From Arenicellales bacterium (lineage in GTDB: Bacteria; Pseudomonadota; Gammaproteobacteria; BMS3Bbin11): a stretch of DNA of 64,000 nt. How positions within the stretch are numbered: the stretch's first letter is position 1; each line of letters starts with the position of its first letter. The stretch is taken from assembly GCA_029287915.1 (NCBI GenBank), contig JARFQE010000125.1, positions 18,114 through 82,113 on the forward strand, given 5' to 3'. Positions 1-8,576 of this stretch are shown here, in pieces. Under the pieces are notes generated by a model, which was given only the letters and a program-made list of their open reading frames with translations, made no database searches and was not told the origin of the DNA. The position numbers were made by a program, and so were the translations under genes.

Positions 1-1118
1 GCGCGGGTATTGTTGTTACCTATCGTGTGTTGGGTACCGCCCATACACCAGATAAAGGTTCCCGGTCGATGATCGGCCATTACCTTGGCGGCGGTATATA
101 TCTGCTCTTCCGGCACACCTGACACACGCTCGACTTCTTCCGGTGTCCATTTCGCGACCTCTTGCCTGACCTCATCGAGACCGTAAACGCGCTGGCGGAT
201 AAATTCCTTGTCTTCCCAGCCATTCTTGAAGATGTGCCATATCATGCCCCAGATAACGGCAACGTCGGATCCGGGACGAATTCTCATAAAGTGGTCTGCA
301 TGTGAAGCCGTACGTGTAAAACGTGGATCAATGACGATAAGCGGTGCGTTGTTTTCTTCCTTCGCTTTGAACACATGCTGCATGGAAACAGGGTGCGCCT
401 CGCTGGGATTACCGCCGATAATCAGGATCGCCTTGCTATTATGTATATCATTATAGGAGTTGGTCATGGCGCCGTAGCCCCATGTATTGGCGACGCCGGC
501 TACCGTGGTTGAATGGCAGATACGTGCCTGGTGATCAACATTATTGGTGCCCCACAATGCGGCAAATTTCCTGAACAGGTAAGCCTGTTCATTGCTATGC
601 TTGGCTGAGCCCAGCCAGTAAACAGAATCAGGACCAGATTGTTCACGGATCTGCAGCAAGCGGTCGCCGACTTCATTGATGGCCTCCTCCCAGGAGATTT
701 TCGTCCACTTGCCATTGACCAGCTTGGTCGGATATTTAAGGCGACGCTCTCCATGGCCATGTTCCCGCACTGAGGCGCCTTTTGCACAGTGAGCGCCAAG
801 ATTGAATGGATGATCAAAGGCCGGCTCCTGCCCGGTCCAGACGCCGTTCTGTACTTCAGCAATAATGCCGCAGCCCACTGAACAGTGTGTACAGATGGTC
901 TTCACCTCGGTGGTGTCACCTTCGGCAGATGTAGCAGCACTGGCTTTAGCCTTTTTCATCATTGTTGGGCTGAGGGTGGTCGCAAGTGCAGCGCCACCGG
1001 CCATCAATCCAGAGTTTCGCAGGAAGCCGCGTCGTGATAGGGCTCGCCCATGCCCTGCCGACACAGTCTGTGATTTATTATTTTGCGAAATTTGATCCGA
1101 TGTTTTTGTCAGTTTCAT
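1..1118 (-). CDS. Molybdopterin oxidoreductase catalytic subunit, formate dehydrogenase alpha-like (N-terminal ~372 aa; rest of gene lies beyond window start)
   Basis: Own minus-strand translation from ATG 1118..1116 (AGGAGA SD upstream): MKLTKTSDQISQNNKSQTVSAGHGRALSRRGFLRNSG... It has a twin-arginine signal (SRRGFLR) and the 4Fe-4S motif CTHCSVGCG. HQARICHSTTVAGV aligns with the FdnG/FdoG active-site segment but has Cys (residue 201) instead of Sec. It is absent from the ORF track because it runs off the window edge; track ORF 500..862 is an off-frame artefact. Confidence 0.85.
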   Translation of the reverse strand, partial: MKLTKTSDQISQNNKSQTVSAGHGRALSRRGFLRNSGLMAGGAALATTLSPTMMKKAKASAATSAEGDTTEVKTICTHCSVGCGIIAEVQNGVWTGQEPAFDHPFNLGAHCAKGASVREHGHGERRLKYPTKLVNGKWTKISWEEAINEVGDRLLQIREQSGPDSVYWLGSAKHSNEQAYLFRKFAALWGTNNVDHQARICHSTTVAGVANTWGYGAMTNSYNDIHNSKAILIIGGNPSEAHPVSMQHVFKAKEENNAPLIVIDPRFTRTASHADHFMRIRPGSDVAVIWGMIWHIFKNGWEDKEFIRQRVYGLDEVRQEVAKWTPEEVERVSGVPEEQIYTAAKVMADHRPGTFIWCMGGTQHTIGNNNTR

Positions 1119-1143
1119 TACCATTCTCCTGTTACCGCGACGT

Positions 1144-1344
1144 TTATTTAGTGGCTGACCTGTAATACGCCAGCACATGCTCCGTCACGCGGTAGCCCGT
1201 TTTTTTATTTTCTTCCTGCTCTGCCTCTGTCAGGGTCAATGCAGAAGCAGTCGATGAAGCAGCAATCGCAGCTCCTGCTCCGGCAATTGCACTTTGCTGC
1301 AGGAACTTCCTGCGGCTGGACTGTTTAGAAGGTTGTTTTTTCAT
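1144..1344 (-). CDS. Small Tat-signal protein of the 'formate dehydrogenase region TAT target' type
   Basis: 66 aa with SRRKFLQQSAIAGAGAAIAASS twin-arginine leader, immediately upstream of the FDH-like alpha gene in the same orientation. Size and position match the small Tat-leader proteins recurrently found beside FDH genes. Confidence 0.7.
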   Translation of the reverse strand: MKKQPSKQSSRRKFLQQSAIAGAGAAIAASSTASALTLTEAEQEENKKTGYRVTEHVLAYYRSATK

Positions 1345-1433
1345 TGCATTTTCTCCTGACAGGAAAGTTTGTCTAGCGTTTAAATCTTCATAATTACTGT
1401 TATTAATGCTTCATTGCTGCGTAATTGAACATG

Positions 1434-2087
1434 TCATACTTCAGCCAGTAAATATCGTTTTTCAATTCCCATGAATGCAGCACCAAAACGCGCTACGGCT
1501 TTGTAGAACACCGCATTATTTGCCACTGACATGTCGGCAAAAAAGCGTTCGAACCAGGTGTCGATATGCTGGACAAAAAAACCACGCTGCAGATCTGTCT
1601 CCGCACCCTCCTGAATCAACATCACCATTACCTCGCATAGTGCTGCAATATGGTCTTCCGGCTCGTGCACATCCGCCGCACGCGTAAAACCCAGACGATC
1701 AAGATCATCGCGTAGATCACCGAGCGGCTTTTCCATCAGGAACCCGGTCAGGTAGAAAGAGCCATATGGCACCAGCTCCCCCCTTCCCAGACCGATAAAC
1801 AGGTCATGATACTCATCGCCGATCGACTGCGGCGAACGCTTTTCTGCCGCCAGTCCAAGCAAGGACATGGCAACTGTCATCTCATCACCGCCACCATCGA
1901 TATCTGCGAAGCAGGCGACGTGGTCAAGTAGTGACTGTTCCGGTATTGATCGCAGCAACGCTGCCAGCATCGCATAGGCTGAAGCCCGGTACTGTTGTTC
2001 CTCTGCCAGTGTTTTTTCATCCCAGTCGACAGCGGCCTGTACAGCTGATGGCTGGTTCTGAAGTTCTTCTGTCGAGGTCTGTGGCAT
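1434..2087 (-). CDS. TorD/DmsD-family redox-enzyme maturation chaperone
   Basis: 217 aa. Acidic helical protein with the TorD-like pattern (...YRASAYAMLAALL...DLDRLGF...EPEDHIAALCEVM...), co-oriented between a Tat-dependent molybdoenzyme and its Fe-S partner. Confidence 0.7.
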   Translation of the reverse strand: MPQTSTEELQNQPSAVQAAVDWDEKTLAEEQQYRASAYAMLAALLRSIPEQSLLDHVACFADIDGGGDEMTVAMSLLGLAAEKRSPQSIGDEYHDLFIGLGRGELVPYGSFYLTGFLMEKPLGDLRDDLDRLGFTRAADVHEPEDHIAALCEVMVMLIQEGAETDLQRGFFVQHIDTWFERFFADMSVANNAVFYKAVARFGAAFMGIEKRYLLAEV

Positions 2088-2229
2088 GTAGGGTTACTCC
2101 TTTGATTTACCTAACTATTGCAATAAGCAGGCCAATGAAAAAATGAAAATAATGACTAAAATGGAACAAAAGTCCTAATTGGGTGACAGCAATTTGGGTT
2201 ACGCTGGTACATAAATGAAACTTCGTGAC

Positions 2230-3885
2230 TTAATGTGTAATCCTTTCGGTGTCGATACCTTTACCCATCATCTCTTCATCCTGCACGATGTCTACCACCC
2301 GACAGTCTTCACACATCTTCAATCGGCGCATAGCGTTATCATCGGTAAACATCCAGTGACCGGCCAGCTTTGCCACCATGTTGTTTATCACAGACTGACT
2401 CGCAAATGGTTTGCCGCAGGCGACACAACAGAACGGTTCTTCCTCATAAAGGGTAACCGGCTGGTTACGGCGCTGATGATCAAACACCAATCGCGGTGTG
2501 ATCCAGATGGCATCCTCCGGACAGGTACGCGTACACAAACCACATTGCAGACAATTTGACTCTATGAATCGAACCTGTGGTACATCCTGTCCACTCTGCA
2601 GAGCATTGCCCGGGCAGGCACTGACACAGGATAAACACAGAGTACAGGATTTCTCATCAATACCGGCGACACCAAAAGGCGCCCCTGCAGTAAGTGCCAC
2701 CATCGGCGCCGGTTGCCCGTTGCTGCCCGCCAGCGCCTGTTGATAGAGGGCGTCTATCGCCATGAACACGGTCTGGCGTTTCCCGCCTGCGCCGGCAAAA
2801 GTGCTCGTTTTAATGGGCGGCATTGCACGCTGTGTGTCACCCTCTTTATGCAGCCACTGCGTCTCGACACGCCGCACAGCATCTGCTGGATAATGCATGG
2901 CAGTCAATATTTCTCTTGCAGTGACCAGCTGCTGGTCAATTTCGTGACTAACGCGGGCAGGAATTGTTCCATCATCGACAAGCAAAACACTGCTGGCACC
3001 ATAGGCAAGCGCTGACAACCAGGTTTCGAGACCAACACTGGCAAGTTCTTCAACTGCAACAGGTAGTAAATTGGCGGCACAGGATTCAGCAGGCACTAAT
3101 CCCCCCGCATGAAATACCAGTACCGGCTGCTGGCCACCTTGTTCAAGGTATACCTTCAATAGACAGCGCAGCTGGGCAAGCAGGTCATCGGTGGTGGGAT
3201 AGACATAACGGATTGCACCGCTTGGACAGACTGTGGCACAGGCACCACCACCCTGGCACAGGTGAGATTCTACTTCTATCATCTCGGCAAGACCTTTGAT
3301 GGCATCAGCTGGACAGGCATCGATACAGCGAGTACAGGCAATAATGCCGGAGCGTCCATGGGCACAGATGGCGGGGTTGTAGTCGAAGTACTTTGGTTTC
3401 TCGAAGGTTCCGGTCAGTGCCGACAACTGTGCAACAGCCGACCGCCGGTCGTCGTCCGCCATGCTACTGTAGACATAGCCCGGCGGTTTGACAGCCATCG
3501 ATAATAATGGCGTCGCTGACAGGTCAAGAACAAGATCTGCCTGCAGGCTTTCAGTGTCGTCAAGCCGCATGGCCTCTTCTTCACCTGCCCCGTGCAGGGT
3601 GATGGTGAAGTTACCGAGGTAACCTTCGACTGTGACCGTTCTGTCACGCCTGCTGGTATATGGTATACCGTCTGCCGCCTTGCCTGCATCGAGGATAAGG
3701 TGTGGTTTCAACGCACCCTGCAGCTCTGCAACAACCTGCTGGGTGCGCTCATCACCAATAATCGCAACGACACCAGCTGACTCATACTTCACCAGGCTGG
3801 TGGGCCGAACTGATAGTGTCGATAGCGCAGCCAGTGCCGCTTCCCGCGCCTGTTTGTTCAAGTCGTCAGCGCTACTTATAGTCAT
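2230..3885 (-). CDS. Multi-cluster 4Fe-4S ferredoxin-domain (polyferredoxin-like) protein
   Basis: At least four CxxCxxCxxxCP ferredoxin motifs (CTRCIDACPADAI, CQGGGACATVCPSGAI, CTLCLSCVSACPGNAL, CLQCGLCTRTCPEDAI) plus extra Cys pairs near the C-terminus. Start placed at MTISS (SD AGGGGA 6 nt upstream); the track ORF extends to 3912. Confidence 0.8.
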   Translation of the reverse strand: MTISSADDLNKQAREAALAALSTLSVRPTSLVKYESAGVVAIIGDERTQQVVAELQGALKPHLILDAGKAADGIPYTSRRDRTVTVEGYLGNFTITLHGAGEEEAMRLDDTESLQADLVLDLSATPLLSMAVKPPGYVYSSMADDDRRSAVAQLSALTGTFEKPKYFDYNPAICAHGRSGIIACTRCIDACPADAIKGLAEMIEVESHLCQGGGACATVCPSGAIRYVYPTTDDLLAQLRCLLKVYLEQGGQQPVLVFHAGGLVPAESCAANLLPVAVEELASVGLETWLSALAYGASSVLLVDDGTIPARVSHEIDQQLVTAREILTAMHYPADAVRRVETQWLHKEGDTQRAMPPIKTSTFAGAGGKRQTVFMAIDALYQQALAGSNGQPAPMVALTAGAPFGVAGIDEKSCTLCLSCVSACPGNALQSGQDVPQVRFIESNCLQCGLCTRTCPEDAIWITPRLVFDHQRRNQPVTLYEEEPFCCVACGKPFASQSVINNMVAKLAGHWMFTDDNAMRRLKMCEDCRVVDIVQDEEMMGKGIDTERITH

Positions 3886-3926
3886 TATTTTCCCCTGCCT
3901 GTTGCTTCGCATTTACCTGCATGGAG

Positions 3927-4562
3927 TCAACTATTCCCCGTCTGCTCGGGTAGCTGCTTATCTGCAGTCATTGAAATGTCATTTTCAATGTCATTTTTGA
4001 CCTCTGTTGCTGCCTCTTTGGCTCGATTAACTCCTTCTATATCACTACCTGCCTCTATTCCATTTACAGGCTCAATTTGGTGCGATGAGCCATCATTGCC
4101 TGCATCTGCCAGCACTTCATTGCTGCCATCGTCCTCCATCGCATCCTTGAGACGCGCCATCTGGTGACGCATCTCTGCAGTGATGACGTTACCGAGCTTC
4201 TGAAAACTGGTGAAATCATCATCATAGTCATCCAGCCCGTCACGCTCATTGAACACCCCGCCCCGAAACAATTTGCGTAGCGCCAGGTTGCGCAATTCGT
4301 CACTGACATTGGGAGACATAAAACCACTGTAGTCTGAATCTTCATCAAGGCTTTCGATTGGCGGCATATCACTATCGCCTGGCAAATCGTCTTTAGCCAT
4401 AACCGCATTTTCCTGCAGCTCGTCTTCAGCAAATGTCTGCGTGACCGAGATATCATTAGCAGCATCATTAACGTCGACTTTTGCCTGCTGCTTGCGGCGC
4501 GACCAGCGTGATAGAAAACCTTCGTCAGACGGTACTTCCAGGTCAGTTTTAGAGTGGCTCAT
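3927..4562 (-). CDS. DUF3306-like acidic protein (FDH-operon associated)
   Basis: 211 aa. N-terminal FLSRWSRRK motif followed by a highly acidic low-complexity body. It overlaps the next gene by 4 nt (operonic). Confidence 0.6.
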   Translation of the reverse strand: MSHSKTDLEVPSDEGFLSRWSRRKQQAKVDVNDAANDISVTQTFAEDELQENAVMAKDDLPGDSDMPPIESLDEDSDYSGFMSPNVSDELRNLALRKLFRGGVFNERDGLDDYDDDFTSFQKLGNVITAEMRHQMARLKDAMEDDGSNEVLADAGNDGSSHQIEPVNGIEAGSDIEGVNRAKEAATEVKNDIENDISMTADKQLPEQTGNS

Positions 4563-5104
4563 GATCGATTCGCCGCAGCTCCGTGACTTTCTTTACGCCA
4601 GTCCCTGCGTTTCCGTTTCACGCGTTTTTCTGGCATGTAATGCTGTAACACAAACTCTTCCGTCCAACGATAAAGCTCTGCCGGCAAGGGCACGGTAAAA
4701 GCCTCGCCCTCACATTCAACATAGGCATTGGCTTCATCGAAACTCAGAGTCACTTTAGAGGGTACAGGTTTCTCGTCGTCGCTAGTGCGGGTGATGACAT
4801 AACAACCGGGTTCGGGCGATACCAGGTTATGGTAATAACTCTCACATTCATCGACATGCAATGTAATAGTGAATCCCGAATACAGTATCTGCTGGGTACC
4901 GGCCTGTTCCTGAATAACACGCGCACGAGTGCGAGTAGCGGTATCGTCAGTGGCACCAGTCTGGGGATCGCCCGTTACACCGGTAGCGCGCCAGACTTCA
5001 TCTACCCATGGGTTGCTCGATTGACGCCGTTCCATGATAACGGCGACAGACATACTTTGCGGCAGGCTCTGTTTTGTATCTTCCAGTATGGACACTGGTA
5101 TCAT
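4559..5104 (-). CDS. DUF3305-like protein (FDH-operon associated)
   Basis: Track ORF 4559..5119 (186 aa). I prefer the MIPVS start at 5104 because AGGA lies 7 nt upstream. It is the first gene of the minus-strand operon and sits directly downstream of a sigma-54 promoter. Confidence 0.55.
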   Translation of the reverse strand: MIPVSILEDTKQSLPQSMSVAVIMERRQSSNPWVDEVWRATGVTGDPQTGATDDTATRTRARVIQEQAGTQQILYSGFTITLHVDECESYYHNLVSPEPGCYVITRTSDDEKPVPSKVTLSFDEANAYVECEGEAFTVPLPAELYRWTEEFVLQHYMPEKRVKRKRRDWRKESHGAAANRS

Positions 5105-5142
5105 TTTGTTCCTGGTCAATTGATCTAGATAAGCTATATAAG

Positions 5143-5158
5143 TGCAAGTTGTGTGCCA
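5143..5158 (-). promoter_or_regulatory. sigma-54 (RpoN) -24/-12 promoter, perfect consensus, driving the DUF3305...FDH operon
   Basis: The plus strand reads TGCAAGTTGTGTGCCA. Its reverse complement is TGGCAC-ACAAC-TTGCA, which is exactly TGGCAC-N5-TTGCA. It lies about 40 nt upstream of the MIPVS start. Confidence 0.6.
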
Positions 5159-5428
5159 GTGAGAAAATAGCCAGCATGGTCAGCTGAATCACTCTGTACA
5201 GGAAGCCTGCTCTGGATGTGATATGTTTTTGAATGGCACAAAATGTCCCATTCATCCTGCCATAAAGGTACAAGTTGTCGCAGTCAGTGTCAGAACAGCA
5301 GAGATAATTTTAGACAAATTTCATATACTTGGTAACATTTCTATCCAAGCTGATGAGATAGACGAACTGGAACATATCTTGCTTTATTACAGGAATTAGA
5401 TGACTTTTTTGCAGGCACAAACCAGTCC

Positions 5429-6442
5429 ATGACTATAACAGAAACAGGCACATGCAATCAGCTGACAGACCGCTTTGGCCGGCACATCAATTACCTGCGC
5501 ATCTCTGTCACAGACCGTTGCGATTTGCGCTGTGTCTACTGCATGTCAGAAGACATGCAGTTTGTGCCACGTGCGCAGCTGCTGACACTTGAAGAAGTAA
5601 GCCGCATAGGACGAATATTCACCGAGCTTGGTGTCCATAAAATACGCATAACCGGCGGCGAACCATTAACACGACGCAATGTCATAGAAGTCTTCAGGCA
5701 ACTTGGCAAACTGGATGGATTAAAAGATCTGACGCTTACCACAAACGGTACACAGCTGGACAGGTTTGCCAGTGAGCTGCGCGATGCCGGTGTTAAGCGC
5801 ATCAACATCTCATTGGATACTCTGCAACAGGAGCGCTTCAGTAAAATTACCCGCACAGGAAGACTACAGCGTACGCTGGCGGGTATCGATGCTGCCCTGG
5901 CAGCTGGTTTTGAAAAGATAAAGATTAACTCTGTAATCCTCAGAAACCGTAATCATGACGAGATTATTGAACTGGTAGAATTTGCTCACTCACGTGGCAT
6001 AGACATTAGTTTTATCGAGGAAATGCCGCTCGGCATTATTGGAGATCATGATCGTGCAGAAGCGTACATCTCCAGCGACGAGATTCTCGATATAATCAAG
6101 CAACGCCATGAACTGCTGCCCACAACAGAGAGCACCGGCGGCCCCTCACGTTACTACAGGCGTACCGATAACAGTGCACGTGTCGGCTTTATCTCTCCGC
6201 ATAGCCATAACTTCTGCGATGACTGCAATCGCGTCAGGCTGACAGCAGAAGGCCGGCTGCTGCTGTGCCTGGGCCAGGAACATTCGGTTGACCTGAGGCG
6301 GGTGGTACGTGCCAACCCGGCGGATGATGCCCCATTGCGGCAGGCGATTATTGATGCCATGACAATCAAACCGCGCGGACATGATTTCGATTTGACCAGC
6401 CAGCCCGTCATCCTGCGACATATGAACAGCACTGGCGGATAA
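5429..6442 (+). CDS. moaA: GTP 3',8-cyclase MoaA (radical SAM, molybdenum cofactor biosynthesis)
   Basis: 337 aa. CDLRCVYCM radical-SAM cluster motif near the N-terminus, C-terminal second-cluster cysteines (CDDCNRVRLTAEG), typical MoaA length. Confidence 0.95.
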   Translation: MTITETGTCNQLTDRFGRHINYLRISVTDRCDLRCVYCMSEDMQFVPRAQLLTLEEVSRIGRIFTELGVHKIRITGGEPLTRRNVIEVFRQLGKLDGLKDLTLTTNGTQLDRFASELRDAGVKRINISLDTLQQERFSKITRTGRLQRTLAGIDAALAAGFEKIKINSVILRNRNHDEIIELVEFAHSRGIDISFIEEMPLGIIGDHDRAEAYISSDEILDIIKQRHELLPTTESTGGPSRYYRRTDNSARVGFISPHSHNFCDDCNRVRLTAEGRLLLCLGQEHSVDLRRVVRANPADDAPLRQAIIDAMTIKPRGHDFDLTSQPVILRHMNSTGG

Positions 6443-6478
6443 GACGCCCGACAATGCAGGCAGCTGAGTAAAAAAATT

Positions 6479-7366
6479 ATGACAAAACAGAGTGAAGCCA
6501 TAGCCAGCAGCCCACTCCCGGAGATGACCAATGCCGGTTTACAGGCCTCCACAGCGATCACCGCAATTGATGAATTTGGCCAGCCACGCGCAGGACATAT
6601 CGCGGCTGAACGGGCACTGACGGTTTACCTCGACAAACAGGAAATTGTTACCCTGATGACGCTCGGCACCCAGCCAGAGCTGCTAGTACTTGGCTGGCTG
6701 CGCAATCAGCGACTGCTGACGGATGTGTCCCAGATCAAGGCCATCCAGGTTGACTGGGAAACCGGTTCTGCCGCCATCACTACGCGCAATGGTATTGCTG
6801 ATCTTGATGTCAAACTTGGGCGCCGCACCGTGACCACGGGCTGCGGGCAGGGAACCGTATTTGGCAGCCTGATGGATGACCTCGAGCACATCAGCCTGCC
6901 GCGTGTTCGCGTGCGCCAGTCGACGCTATACAGACTTCTGGACACCCTTAGCCAGCATAACGAAGTCTATAAACGTGCAGGCGCCGTACATGGCTGTGCA
7001 CTGTGCATGGATCACCGTATGCAGCACTTTGTAGAAGATGTCGGACGTCATAATGCAGTTGATGCAATTGCCGGCCAGATGTGGCTGAACGGCACACAGG
7101 GACATAACAAGCTTTTTTACACCACTGGCCGATTAACCTCCGAGATGGTAATCAAGGTTGCACAAATGGGAATACCCGTGCTGCTTTCCCGTTCGGGTGT
7201 TACCGAGATGGGCCAGGCACTGGCTGAAAAGATTGGCGTCACGCTGATCGCACGCGCAAAGGGTAAGCACTTCCTTGTTTATAACGGTGCCGAGCAGGTC
7301 GAATTTGACGCTATGCCGGAAAAACCTCTCTATCATTCACCGAGCACAGCACCGGGGCGGCGCTAA
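6479..7366 (+). CDS. fdhD: Formate dehydrogenase accessory sulfurtransferase FdhD
   Basis: 295 aa. GRRTVTTGCGQG (active Cys loop), EDVGRHNAVDAI, LSRSGVTEMGQALAEKIGVTLIARAKG; collinear with E. coli FdhD. Confidence 0.9.
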   Translation: MTKQSEAIASSPLPEMTNAGLQASTAITAIDEFGQPRAGHIAAERALTVYLDKQEIVTLMTLGTQPELLVLGWLRNQRLLTDVSQIKAIQVDWETGSAAITTRNGIADLDVKLGRRTVTTGCGQGTVFGSLMDDLEHISLPRVRVRQSTLYRLLDTLSQHNEVYKRAGAVHGCALCMDHRMQHFVEDVGRHNAVDAIAGQMWLNGTQGHNKLFYTTGRLTSEMVIKVAQMGIPVLLSRSGVTEMGQALAEKIGVTLIARAKGKHFLVYNGAEQVEFDAMPEKPLYHSPSTAPGRR

Positions 7367-7369
7367 ATC

Positions 7370-8284
7370 ATGTCTGCGGTCATGCATCCGGAAACAGGCG
7401 TGTTTATGAGCGTCAGGCAGGTAGCGGAATATCTGCACCTGAACGAGAAGAAGATTTATGCCCTGGTGAGCGAGGGTGCCATACCGGCGACCAAGGTCAC
7501 CGGTAAATGGATGTTTCCACGCGAACTCATCGATCGCTGGATGCTTGATTCCGCGCATGGCGGACTGTTAACCGACCGTCTGGTGATTGCCGGCAGCGAC
7601 GACCCACTACTGTATCGCATCGTAACTGAATTTGCCCGTGATACCGGTGCACATGCACTGATCAGCTACACTGCTACCGGGACTCGTCTTGGTCTTGATC
7701 TTTTGCAGGCACAGCGCGCTGATGCGTGTGGTATCCACTGGGGACCGGCAAATGAGAGTCACACGCGCCACCCTGCTCTGCTGCGCCAGTATTCACAGCA
7801 TCACAACTGGGTACTGATCAGGGCCTTTCGTCGTGAACAGGGTCTTATCGTCAGTCCACCTGTGCTTAATTACACGCAGCAGATAGAAGACTTGTTCGAT
7901 CGCCAGTTTCGCTGGGCACTGCGCCAGAACGGTGCCGGCGCGCAACGCTACCTGCTGGAAATAATTGGCAAACATGGCCTTAATGCCGCTTCCTTGAAAT
8001 CGGAAGTGACTGCTCTCTCGGAACGCGAAGCAGCCGCGGCCATTGCGATGGACCTTGCAGATGTGGCCCCGGGTGCCCGTTCGGTGGCAACCGAATTTGG
8101 ACTTGGTTTCATCTCCCTGGGCTGGGAGTCATTTGACTTTGTGCTACCACGTCCGATCTGGTTCCGACGCCTGTTCCAGGATCTGATCACCCGGCTGCAC
8201 AACGGACAGAGCCATGAACTGGCCGATGAACTCACCGGTTATGATTTATCGGGCTGCGGGCAACTGCTGTGGGGCGATGACTGA
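7370..8284 (+). CDS. Transcriptional regulator: excisionase-type HTH fused to a periplasmic-binding-protein-like (ModA/TupA-like) domain; TunR-like architecture
   Basis: MSVRQVAEYLHLNEKKIYALVSEGAIPATKVTGKWMF is an excisionase/MerR-like HTH. It is followed by a ~250-aa domain with PBP type-2 character. The gene lies between fdhD and the tup/sigma-54 region. Confidence 0.55.
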   Translation: MSAVMHPETGVFMSVRQVAEYLHLNEKKIYALVSEGAIPATKVTGKWMFPRELIDRWMLDSAHGGLLTDRLVIAGSDDPLLYRIVTEFARDTGAHALISYTATGTRLGLDLLQAQRADACGIHWGPANESHTRHPALLRQYSQHHNWVLIRAFRREQGLIVSPPVLNYTQQIEDLFDRQFRWALRQNGAGAQRYLLEIIGKHGLNAASLKSEVTALSEREAAAAIAMDLADVAPGARSVATEFGLGFISLGWESFDFVLPRPIWFRRLFQDLITRLHNGQSHELADELTGYDLSGCGQLLWGDD

Positions 8285-8576
8285 TTGCCAGTGGCGCCTA
8301 AATTTTAATGATGCATAGCCCATTCACCCATCATCAAACTACCGATTGCTTCTCTTGCTACAGTCCCTGTAAGAATCAAGCATTGAGTAACTTAACATTT
8401 CAGCAATGACCATCTGAGACTGTCTGCTTAGGCATTATCAGAAATTGTACATATACTCGTTACCGGAGACGCCTTTGTTGACCATATTTTCTGCAATTCG
8501 ACAAGTATGCAATGGCTCAGCGATTCCATGCCGCTTGGTCACCTAGCAAGCAGTAATACTGCTCATCACAGATCGC

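Noticed and set aside
516-518. Searched for an in-frame TGA selenocysteine codon in the FDH-like alpha subunit
   Set aside because: The position homologous to Sec in FdnG is encoded by TGC (Cys). No in-frame TGA occurs in the 372 codons visible.
500-862. 120-aa ORF in the track on the minus strand
   Set aside because: It lies in a different frame inside the formate-dehydrogenase-like alpha-subunit gene. The real product is read from ATG 1118 and runs off the window start. This ORF is an off-frame artefact.
2215-3780. Series of plus-strand ORFs (2215..2559, 2498..2743, 2713..3015, 2964..3299, 3262..3504, 3592..3780) antisense to the polyferredoxin gene
   Set aside because: They overlap a long, motif-rich minus-strand CDS. 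They have no motifs and are GC-skewed nonsense. They are typical shadow ORFs.
5108-5124. FNR-like half-palindrome TTGATctagATAAG
   Set aside because: Only one half-site matches TTGAT-N4-ATCAA well. It also overlaps the annotated start region of the first operon gene, and the sigma-54 promoter explains regulation better.
5210-5226. TGGCAC-aaaat-GTCC on the plus strand upstream of moaA as a sigma-54 promoter
   Set aside because: The -24 element is perfect, but the -12 element lacks the GC at the required spacing.
5280-5428. Possible Moco riboswitch upstream of moaA
   Set aside because: The location is right for this known riboswitch class, but I cannot reproduce its conserved stems from memory on this sequence. 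A covariance-model search (Rfam Moco RNA motif) on 5160..5430 would decide.
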